Shown: positions 6,173-14,180, numbered from the stretch's first letter. The stretch: 64,000 bases of DNA from Bacteroidales bacterium (GCA_045597945.1 JAZLLD010000055.1:1985-65984), one strand, 5' to 3'. A program made the numbers and translations. The notes: generated by a model not told the origin, from the sequence alone.

Positions 6173-8926
6173 TCATTTCTTAGCTTTGGTCATTTTTTCA
6201 TATAGTTTGAAGAGGCACTCCAGTCTGGCCTCATCGTTGGCAAACGGATAGCCCGGATAGCAGCTCTCCACCACATCGTCCAACTTCTGGTGAGCCTCAC
6301 GCAATGGCTCGGGCATCTTGTCGGGGTCGTAAAGATCGGCAAGAGTTGCGCCAGGATAGTCCTCGCGTGTCAGCAACACCTCCTCAGCTGCCGCTTCAAT
6401 CTCTTTCTTCTTCGTTTCGGTCAGTTTGGGAAATGGGAAGGAGTTGTAACAGAGGCTAGTATATCGATAATCAGTCTTCAACTTTCCTCCAATTGTCTTC
6501 ATCCATACCATACTCATTAATGATGTACACACTCCGAACACCCAGATAGGACAAGATTGAATCATATACATGGCATTTGTAACAACCATCTGAGTATTAG
6601 CGTATCCCATTGGGATATACAATCTATTTTCAGATGAAGTAGACGGAATCACAAGCGTACAGTCATCACAAGAAATGAATTCTCTAAATTGATAAGGTTT
6701 CACCGCAAGGGCATTAGCTCCCTCATCAGAACTAGACAATCTCATTTTTTTTGTTTTTTCAACTCTTTCATAAATAAACGAATATTTTAATGCATCTTTT
6801 TCATCTTCATCTGAGATCCACAAACAATATCTTATATTTCCTTTTATATAATCCGCCGCACTATATAATTCTTTAATATACTTATCATTGCCTATCTCAT
6901 TTATAAGTTCGTCTTTTTCGCTCAATGACAATATTAAATTACCACCATCATAAGGCATACACCCTCTTATGATAATAGGCAAACTTGATATAGGTTTTGT
7001 TTGTTTAAACACTACAAGTTGCGCACCGTCTGTTAAATATGGCGATATTGAATTTGCATATCTTTTTTCATTACCCACAAACAAAACCTTTTGTTTATTG
7101 ACGCAAGAAAGCCCAACAATTACACATATAACAGCAGCATTTTTTCTTGCATTATTTCTCCATTTAAATGAAGTATATGCAAAATCAATATTTACACCAG
7201 ATTTATATATTGCCGTCCATAATGGTTCAACCATCTCCCCTTGACAAATTGAATTAGTACTCACAAAAGCACATTTTGATTTAGTCTTTTTGATATATTC
7301 AGCACCTTTAATAAACCAAACACCAATATAATCTATTTTTTTGTATCCTTTATATTTACCAATGGACACTTTCATGTCGTTTTTTTGTTCTGATGTTTGT
7401 AAGCTAACACCCAAATACGGCGGATTGCCAAACACAAACACTTCTTCATCTTTGGTATGGGGGCAGACTTCGTTCCAATCCATACGACACGCATTGCCAA
7501 GTCTGATTTGGGTGATGTTTTGCAGAGGCAGCGCATGGGTGTTGATGCCAAAGTCTTTCATCAACTTCCTATTCATCTGATGCTGTGCCAACCATAGCGA
7601 CAGCATGGTCATCTCATGCGGAAAGTCCTGCAACTCTATGCCATAGAACTGCTGCAATGTAATGACCGATGAATCCATCTGCGTCAGCAAACCATATTGG
7701 ATAGTGCATTCTTGCATCAGCTTCAAGATTTCCATCTCCAGCAATCTCAACCGCTTGTAGGTGATAATCAAGAAATTGCCACTGCCACATGCGGGGTCGA
7801 AGAATTTCATCTTGCTCATACGCTTCAGCAGTTTTTGGCAACTCTGCATCACGGGCTTACATTCTTGCTCATACTGATTGCCGCTACTGATGCCCAAATC
7901 TCTGCGCTCTTTGATGCCGCTATGTACATCTTTTATCTTTTTAAATTCTTCTTGCAACTCATCCATAAACAGCGGATTAATCACCTTCAGGATGTTAGGC
8001 ACACTGGTATAGTGCATTCCCTGGTTGGCTCTCACTTCGGGGTTGACTACGGCCTGTATCATGCTGCCAAAGATATCGGGGTTGATTTCTTTCCAGTCCA
8101 GGCTGCCGCAGTCCACCATAATCTTGCGAGCCCGGCGGCTAAGTTTCGGAATCTGAATAGGATGGCTGAACAGTCCGCCATTGACATAGGGGAAATGCTT
8201 TACCACAGCTTTGGTTTCTTTGGTGCGACTCTTCTCCGGGATGTCCATAATGGCAAAAGCCTCAGACAGATAATCACTCAGGTCGCTACCATCTTCCAGC
8301 GTATAGCTCTTGATACTGTTGGTGAAAAGGTTGTCGGGGAAGATGCCGGTATCTTCGGCAAAGTAGCAGAACAAAAGCCTGGAGATGAATATATTGAGGT
8401 CGTGGAGGTCGGTGTCGCTCGTAAACTCATTGAAGGCACGTATCTCATCGTGCAGCTTGGCAAGCTTTTCGGCTGCCTTCACATCGGCGGGACTTTCCTC
8501 CACATTATGCACCCGCTCCACATCGGCCAAGGGATAAAAGAAATTGAAATCGTAGCATAGGCCAGCCAGTCGATTCTCGTAGGTGTCGTTCTCGCGCAGG
8601 TCGTAGGCTAGCATGGTCTCGCCGTCGCTCACCATGGCTATCTTTGGTTTGGCGGCCAGCACCCTGGTGTCGGCTTTCATCTGCTCCAGTTCGGCAGTCA
8701 TATCCTTGGCCGTTGAGGTGCGGTAGGCGATTAAGTTTTTGATTAGCAGACCGTCGTAGCTTTTCACCACTCCTTTGCCCTCTCGCCAGCGGCGGATGTC
8801 GGCATCGGTCTTGCCAAAACTATAGAGCAGCCGAAATGGAACATCGTCGGCTGCCACAGTATTGTCTTTGAAACATTTGAGTCTTTGTTCTATCTCCTGA
8901 TAGCCAAGCTGTGTTTTCTTTGCCAT
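6173..8926 (-). CDS. MmeI-family (Type IIL/ISP-like) gamma-class N6-adenine DNA methyltransferase with TRD
   Basis: 917 aa. Motif I FFDPACGSGNFL, motif IV FGNPPYLG, upstream GMHYTS motif. C-terminal LADLYDPDKMPEPLREAHQKLD...EARLECLFKLYEKM tail is typical of MmeI-like enzymes. AT-rich central TRD. Confidence 0.85.
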   Translation of the reverse strand: MAKKTQLGYQEIEQRLKCFKDNTVAADDVPFRLLYSFGKTDADIRRWREGKGVVKSYDGLLIKNLIAYRTSTAKDMTAELEQMKADTRVLAAKPKIAMVSDGETMLAYDLRENDTYENRLAGLCYDFNFFYPLADVERVHNVEESPADVKAAEKLAKLHDEIRAFNEFTSDTDLHDLNIFISRLLFCYFAEDTGIFPDNLFTNSIKSYTLEDGSDLSDYLSEAFAIMDIPEKSRTKETKAVVKHFPYVNGGLFSHPIQIPKLSRRARKIMVDCGSLDWKEINPDIFGSMIQAVVNPEVRANQGMHYTSVPNILKVINPLFMDELQEEFKKIKDVHSGIKERRDLGISSGNQYEQECKPVMQSCQKLLKRMSKMKFFDPACGSGNFLIITYKRLRLLEMEILKLMQECTIQYGLLTQMDSSVITLQQFYGIELQDFPHEMTMLSLWLAQHQMNRKLMKDFGINTHALPLQNITQIRLGNACRMDWNEVCPHTKDEEVFVFGNPPYLGVSLQTSEQKNDMKVSIGKYKGYKKIDYIGVWFIKGAEYIKKTKSKCAFVSTNSICQGEMVEPLWTAIYKSGVNIDFAYTSFKWRNNARKNAAVICVIVGLSCVNKQKVLFVGNEKRYANSISPYLTDGAQLVVFKQTKPISSLPIIIRGCMPYDGGNLILSLSEKDELINEIGNDKYIKELYSAADYIKGNIRYCLWISDEDEKDALKYSFIYERVEKTKKMRLSSSDEGANALAVKPYQFREFISCDDCTLVIPSTSSENRLYIPMGYANTQMVVTNAMYMIQSCPIWVFGVCTSLMSMVWMKTIGGKLKTDYRYTSLCYNSFPFPKLTETKKKEIEAAAEEVLLTREDYPGATLADLYDPDKMPEPLREAHQKLDDVVESCYPGYPFANDEARLECLFKLYEKMTKAKK

Positions 8927-9023
8927 ACTTTCAGATATTTTCCAGCATCGGGTGTGGAACTATCTGATCAAATTATGTATGGCTTTCGCATCAGGGCAAC
9001 AAAAAAGGGTGCAAGCCCTCTTA

Positions 9024-9232
9024 CGGTCGTCTGAGGCGTAAGCGTAGGAATTCTCTGGCCTCTCCTTCAATAAGATTGATGCTTGACCCTATAAGGGTGC
9101 AAGTCATCGTTCTATCAACATTGAAGGATTGCTGGCTTTGATTATTCCACGCTATATGTGGTAAAGCCAACCATCATTGATGTGGTAAATATCAGAGAGA
9201 TTAAGTTTCCTACGCTTACTTTCGTGACGACC
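9024..9232. ncRNA. candidate structured RNA / long-range inverted-repeat element in the MTase operon leader
   Basis: Interrupted 26-bp closing stem: 9025-9031/9226-9232, 9038-9050/9207-9219 (13 bp perfect), 9052-9057/9193-9198. It encloses about 135 nt with at least three internal helices. Strand and class undetermined. Confidence 0.35.
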
Positions 9233-9341
9233 ACAATGATAGTCTGATGCTGCTATATGTTTATTTTTAAACTATTTGTACTTTACTTCTTCTTGTTTGT
9301 ATTCAATAATTAATAATGTTATTATATATATATTCCAATTG

Positions 9342-9349
9342 CAAAGATA
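9342..9349 (-). promoter_or_regulatory. -7 box (TAtcTTTG) of the MTase-helicase-T5orf172 operon
   Basis: Plus strand caaagata within ttgcaaagatacgaa, the same context as promoters of many genes in this window. About 415 nt upstream of the ATG at 8926. Confidence 0.45.
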
Positions 9350-9372
9350 CGAATTTTTTTCGTATTAGCGAA

Positions 9373-9380
9373 TATCTTTG
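9373..9380 (+). promoter_or_regulatory. divergent plus-strand -7 box (TAtcTTTG) with no downstream ORF
   Basis: tatctttg lies on the plus strand, 24 nt from the minus-strand box. The two flank the palindrome atacgaa-ttttt-ttcgtat. Confidence 0.35.
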
Positions 9381-10044
9381 TTGATTTTGTTGCAAATAAT
9401 TCTTTCTGCAAATTGTTTCAGCGGGAGTCCACCCCTACCCTTCTTGGCGGATGATGGGAATATAAAATGTAGAATGGCTGCCACTCCGGTTTTATGATCG
9501 ATTGGAGTATTTTTTTTATTCTTCAGCCACTAAACTACCAAGCAGTTATGCTCATTACCTATAAACGTGTTGGTACGCTGTAACTCCGTTGTAGCTCCGT
9601 TGATTCTACGGGGTGAAGAAGGCTGTCACAGGCAGCCTTCGATAGCGTAGCGGAGAAATCAACCACTCTGGGGAGCGGATCCTCAGGGGGTGGACAAAGA
9701 ATGTATGATACCCCTAAAATATAGAATCTAGAATGGATTTTTGCAACACTATGCACATTTGTGTGTAATCAATGTGTTATGCGATTCTATATTCTAGATT
9801 TATGGTCATATTGATGTGGCGGACAGCTATTGATAGTGCGAATACTAGTTTGTTACCATTTGAATAACAGGTATTAAATAGCCAATCTGTCACGAACATT
9901 CAATACCAGAGGTTTTGACGCAGATATAGAATCTTGGTTCTATATCTAGAATGCAAATCCGACACAATGAGTGATTCTGCCACTAAACAACTAAGCAAAC
10001 TCGTTGGCGGGTCGCACATTTGTCGCCGATATGCGGATAATCGC

Positions 10045-10082
10045 AAAAAAGGAAGCCCCGAAATCTCAGGGCTTCCTTTTTG
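10045..10082 (-). terminator. glyA terminator (bidirectional hairpin)
   Basis: Stem ggaagccc (10051-10058) / gggcttcc (10069-10076), flanked by an A-run and a T-run, 35 nt downstream of the glyA stop. Confidence 0.7.
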
Positions 10083-10116
10083 GATATGTTTTGGAGTCTG
10101 TTGACCCCAGAATCTA

Positions 10117-11394
10117 CTACCAAGCGAAGAGAGGACGGTTCTGCATCATCTCGTTGACGGTAGCGCGTACCTTTGCGATGGTGTCCTCGGTGGGGTTGCA
10201 GAGCACGGTGTCGATCAGGTTGACAACCTCGGGCATCTCGTTCTCTTTCAGGCCACGGGTGGTGATAGCGGGGGTACCAACGCGGAGACCGGAGGTCTTG
10301 AAGGCGCTGCGGCTGTCGAAGGGAACCATGTTCTTGTTGATGGTGATGTCGGCAGCAACGAGAGCATTCTCAGCTTCCTTACCGGTCATCTCGGGGAACT
10401 TGGTGCGGAGGTCAACCAGCATGAGGTGGTTGTCGGTACCGTTGGAGATAACTTTGTAGCCCTTCTCCATGAAGCACTCGCACATGACCTTGGCGTTCTT
10501 CATAACCTGCTGGATGTACTGGTCGTAGCTGTCGGTAAGAGCCTCGCCGAAAGCAACAGCCTTAGCAGCGATGACGTGCTCGAGGGGACCGCCCTGGGTG
10601 CCGGGGAACACTGCGCTGTCGAGGAGAGCAGACATCTTCTTGATTTCGCCCTTAGGAGTGGTCTTGCCCCAAGGATTGTCGAAATCCTGACCCATGAGGA
10701 TCATACCGCCACGAGGTCCGCGGAGGGTCTTGTGGGTGGTGGTGGTGACGATGTGGCAGTATTTAACTGCGTTGTTCAGATAGCCCTTAGCGATGAGGCC
10801 GGAGGGGTGGCTGATGTCGCCCATGAGGATAGCGCCGATCTTGTCAGCGATCTCACGCATCTTAGCCCAATCCCAGTCGCGGCTGTAAGCGGAACCGCCA
10901 CCGATGATCAGCTTGGGGTGATGCTCGAGAGCTTTCTTCTCCATGTCTTCGTAGTCGACCATACCGGTCTCTTCCTTCACCTGATAACCAACAACTTTGT
11001 AGTTGAGGCCGGAGAAGTTGACGGGGGAACCGTGGCTGAGGTGACCGCCGTGGTTGAGGTCCATGCCCATGAAGGTGTCGCCAGCGTTGAGGCAAGCCAG
11101 GAAGACTGCCATGTTAGCCTGTGCACCGCTGTGGGGCTGAACGTTTGCCCAGCAAGCGCCATAGAGCTGCTTAGCGCGCTCGATAGCGATGGTTTCGCTC
11201 TGGTCAACGATCTGGCAGCCGCCATAGTAACGCTTTCCGGAGTAGCCCTCGGCATATTTGTTGGTCATTACGGAACCCATAGCTTCCATGACCTGTTCAC
11301 TTACAAAGTTCTCAGAGGCAATGAGCTCGATGCCCTTGGTCTGACGTTCTCTTTCTTTCTGAATGAGATCGAAAATTTGAGTATCTCTTTGCAT
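10117..11394 (-). CDS. glyA: serine hydroxymethyltransferase
   Basis: 425 aa. [20 protein letters not shown] and [14 protein letters not shown] motifs. Confidence 0.97.
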   Translation of the reverse strand: MQRDTQIFDLIQKERERQTKGIELIASENFVSEQVMEAMGSVMTNKYAEGYSGKRYYGGCQIVDQSETIAIERAKQLYGACWANVQPHSGAQANMAVFLACLNAGDTFMGMDLNHGGHLSHGSPVNFSGLNYKVVGYQVKEETGMVDYEDMEKKALEHHPKLIIGGGSAYSRDWDWAKMREIADKIGAILMGDISHPSGLIAKGYLNNAVKYCHIVTTTTHKTLRGPRGGMILMGQDFDNPWGKTTPKGEIKKMSALLDSAVFPGTQGGPLEHVIAAKAVAFGEALTDSYDQYIQQVMKNAKVMCECFMEKGYKVISNGTDNHLMLVDLRTKFPEMTGKEAENALVAADITINKNMVPFDSRSAFKTSGLRVGTPAITTRGLKENEMPEVVNLIDTVLCNPTEDTIAKVRATVNEMMQNRPLFAW

Positions 11395-11435
11395 ATCAAA
11401 TATATGTATTAAATTAGTATTATTTTTCTTTTGTG

Positions 11436-11443
11436 CAAATATA
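11436..11443 (-). promoter_or_regulatory. -7 box (TAtaTTTG) of glyA
   Basis: Plus strand caaatata within gtgcaaatatacgaaaaa, about 42 nt upstream of the ATG. Confidence 0.45.
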
Positions 11444-11521
11444 CGAAAAATATTTGGAACAATAGAATTTAATTAATATTTAAGAATTAATAATGCAAAA
11501 TTATAGGTGGTTTGGGGAGGA

Positions 11522-11575
11522 AAGTTGGAGGAGTTGATGGAATTGATGGAGTTAATGAAGTTGATGGAGTGAGGG
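11522..11575. repeat. 9-bp tandem repeat (about 5-6 units)
   Basis: Units gagttgatg / gaattgatg / gagttaatg / aagttgatg / gagtgaggg (11531-11575), preceded by aagttggag. Confidence 0.6.
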
Positions 11576-11809
11576 TGTTGGGATAGTTGTTTTTTGAGGG
11601 CGGTAGCTTGGGTGGATTGATGCAGAAATCTGCATTTTTTTTGAATTTAAAATGATTTTTTGCAAGTTATTTTTTCAGTTGTCTGCATTTTTTTTTACTT
11701 TTTTTTCTGATATCACAATCTATTTGTATTCAATTAAGTATGCATTGCTTCATGTGCTCTGCGAGGGCGGATGTTGAGAGTGGTGCAGTAAATATGCACA
11801 TGTAGGTTT

Positions 11810-11936
11810 TATCTTTGCAATCAGAAAAAAGATAGGAACATCCTACATATAGATTTTTCTTACTAGAGGCTATACAAGGTGCGTGTTTGAAAAAAATAGC
11901 CTAAACATCTCCGAGTTCTTCGGAGATGTTTTTTTA
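11810..11936 (+). ncRNA. candidate small RNA (promoter box plus intrinsic terminator, no ORF)
   Basis: TAtcTTTG box at 11810-11817. Terminator aacatctccga-gttc-ttcggagatgtt plus T-run at 11904-11936. Internal hairpin ggctat...atagcc. No ATG-initiated ORF in between. Confidence 0.4.
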
Positions 11937-11982
11937 TGTCGCACAACTTTGAAAGCATAGTTTGAGACCAAGTGATGATTTA

Positions 11983-13038
11983 TCAGCCGAGGCCATTGAG
12001 TTTCATTGCATTGACAATATGTGCTTTATGGCGTTCGATCAGGGTGTCGGGGCTGAGCACACGGCAGCAATCGCAGTAGTACAGGAGAGAGCCCTCAAGT
12101 TCCTGGTTGACTTTGACATTTAGTTTCACGTCAAGCACTCTCTCGCCATCCACTTCAATCCATTTGGCTTTCTGCGAACCATGCAGCGGACAGTTTTCAA
12201 CATATGGCGCAGCCCAACCAACAAATTGCAGATGAATATCTTCCGGAGGGTTGGGAGTGTTAATGACACCGATGAAATCCTCAAAATAAGACTCCGGGTC
12301 GAAATTGGCATTGATATAAGGGTCGGTGCAGGGCTTGATGGCCTGGATGCGGTCCATGGCAATGGTCTGGATTTCATTAGGTTTCTCGGTCGTGACACCG
12401 AAAGCATACCAGAAGCCGCGGAACTGCTTGAAATAGCACGGATGGAAGTGATATGTGCAATGTCCGCGCTTGAAACAGCCATATTCAATGGTCAGCGGCT
12501 GGTGGTCTTGGATGGCTGTGAAAATCTGCTCGAAATGCTTGTAGACCTCCATGGCACGGGGACCGCCTAAGTCGGGGTTGACATCCAGCTGGATGCGAGG
12601 CACATTGCTTTTGTGTTTGGAAATGGCGCTCATGCCGTTGAACGACTCCTGAATCCACGCAATCTGGGGCAGCCCCATGATAACGTCGAGACATTCCATG
12701 GCCGAGGTAATGCAGACCACCTGCTTGGTTGTCAGCGGCATGTGGTCGATACTGAAACTGGGGTCGTGGTAGCGGTAGGCCGTGTAGGGGCGGTTGTGGC
12801 CGTGCTCATCGGGGCGGATGATGCGGAAAGTGTCGATCTCGGCATCCAAACCATCTGGCGACCGCATATAGGCAATGTCCACATAGAGCTGGCGCTCGCC
12901 CACGGGCTTTGGATTGGCAGTCTCGCTAAGGCCGCGGTTAACCTCTTCCAAGAGGTCGGCAAGGGTATAATCACGCGAGATGTCGCGGAAACATTTGTCG
13001 AGCAAACGATAGCGCTGGATAGCTTTATTAGAGACCAT
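11983..13038 (-). CDS. WYL-domain transcriptional regulator (HTH-WYL)
   Basis: 351 aa. N-terminal HTH-like KAIQRYRLLDKCF...LADLLEEV. WYL-type motif FRGFWYAFG. Confidence 0.65.
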   Translation of the reverse strand: MVSNKAIQRYRLLDKCFRDISRDYTLADLLEEVNRGLSETANPKPVGERQLYVDIAYMRSPDGLDAEIDTFRIIRPDEHGHNRPYTAYRYHDPSFSIDHMPLTTKQVVCITSAMECLDVIMGLPQIAWIQESFNGMSAISKHKSNVPRIQLDVNPDLGGPRAMEVYKHFEQIFTAIQDHQPLTIEYGCFKRGHCTYHFHPCYFKQFRGFWYAFGVTTEKPNEIQTIAMDRIQAIKPCTDPYINANFDPESYFEDFIGVINTPNPPEDIHLQFVGWAAPYVENCPLHGSQKAKWIEVDGERVLDVKLNVKVNQELEGSLLYYCDCCRVLSPDTLIERHKAHIVNAMKLNGLG

Positions 13039-13092
13039 TGCTTATTAATTTTTTGGTTTAACTATAGTTATTTAAAATTGTAGTGTACAATA

Positions 13093-14115
13093 CTATAAAC
13101 GTTTCTTCAACGCAGCCACGAAGTTGTTGATATCGTCTTCCTGGGTGTCGAAGGAACACATCCAGCGGACCACATTGGCGGCCTCATCCCAGTCGTAGAA
13201 GAAATAGTCGTCAAGCAGGCTGGTCCACACCTCGCGAGGCAGCTGCACAAAGACGCTGTTGACCTGCACAGGGTACATGACCTTGGCCTGCGGCACATCC
13301 TGCAAGGCCTTGTAGAGCAGCTGCGCCATGCGGTTGCTGTGCTCGGCATTGCGACGCCAGAGGTCGGTGGTGAGGTAAGCCTCGAACTGGGCGGCAATGA
13401 AGCGCATTTTGCTGCAGAGCTGCGACATCTGCTTGCGGCGGTAGCGCATGTCAACATCCAGCGTGGGGTTGAGAATCACACAGCTTTCGCCCATGAGCAT
13501 ACCGTTCTTGGTGCCGCCAAATGAGAGGCAGTCGACACCGCAGTCGGTGGTCATCTCCTTGAAAGTGCAGCCCAAAGCCACGGCAGCATTGGCCAGGCGC
13601 GCACCATCCATGTGGAGGTACATGTTGTAGCTGTGTGCCAGATCGGCCAGGGCGCGAACCTCGTCAAGGGTGTAGAGGGTGCCCAACTCGGTAGACTGGG
13701 CAATGCTGATGGCGCGAGGCTGGGAGTGGTGCTCGAAGCCGAAGCCGTGAAGTTGGGTTTTGACCAACTCGGGGGTAAGCTTGCCATCGGGGGTGGGCAC
13801 GGTGAGCAGTTTGCAGCCCACAATGCGCTGAGGCGCACCGCATTCGTCGACATGGATATGGGCAGTGTCGGAGCAGACTACGGCATGGTGCGAGCGGCAC
13901 ATGGCATCGATGCAGAGCACATTGGCGCCGGTGCCGTTGAAAACAAAATACACCTTGGCCTGGGGGCCGAAAGTCTGACGGAAGAGTTCTTCTGTGCGCT
14001 GCGAATATTCGTCATCGCCGTATGCCACAGCGTGTTCTACATTTGCCGAGGCAATGGCCTCAAGTATTTCGGGGCTGATGCCCGAGTGATTGTCGCTACC
14101 AAATCCGCGCTTCAT
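13093..14115 (-). CDS. ltaE: low-specificity L-threonine aldolase
   Basis: 340 aa. FGSDNHSG, NGTGANV and GGTKNG motifs of the beta-eliminating lyase / threonine aldolase family. Confidence 0.85.
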   Translation of the reverse strand: MKRGFGSDNHSGISPEILEAIASANVEHAVAYGDDEYSQRTEELFRQTFGPQAKVYFVFNGTGANVLCIDAMCRSHHAVVCSDTAHIHVDECGAPQRIVGCKLLTVPTPDGKLTPELVKTQLHGFGFEHHSQPRAISIAQSTELGTLYTLDEVRALADLAHSYNMYLHMDGARLANAAVALGCTFKEMTTDCGVDCLSFGGTKNGMLMGESCVILNPTLDVDMRYRRKQMSQLCSKMRFIAAQFEAYLTTDLWRRNAEHSNRMAQLLYKALQDVPQAKVMYPVQVNSVFVQLPREVWTSLLDDYFFYDWDEAANVVRWMCSFDTQEDDINNFVAALKKRL

Positions 14116-14180
14116 TGTATCTGGGGTTTAAACAATGAGTGGACAAAGGCTTGCCCACTCATCATTATTATACATTAAAA

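Noticed and set aside
9540-9700. Possible tRNA or other small RNA gene in the GC-richer patch; also the 65-aa ORF at 9559-9756.
   Set aside because: No cloverleaf can be drawn by eye (no acceptor/T-arm GTTCNANNC pattern). The ORF has no start context or motif. The patch is better described as 11-bp word repeats plus a hairpin.
1297-10116. Calling the whole TPR-glyA interval a mobile element or genomic island with defined ends.
   Set aside because: There is no integrase, transposase, tRNA target or direct repeats at the two edges. Only compositional and repeat evidence is available, so it is described as an accessory region rather than annotated as a mobile_element.
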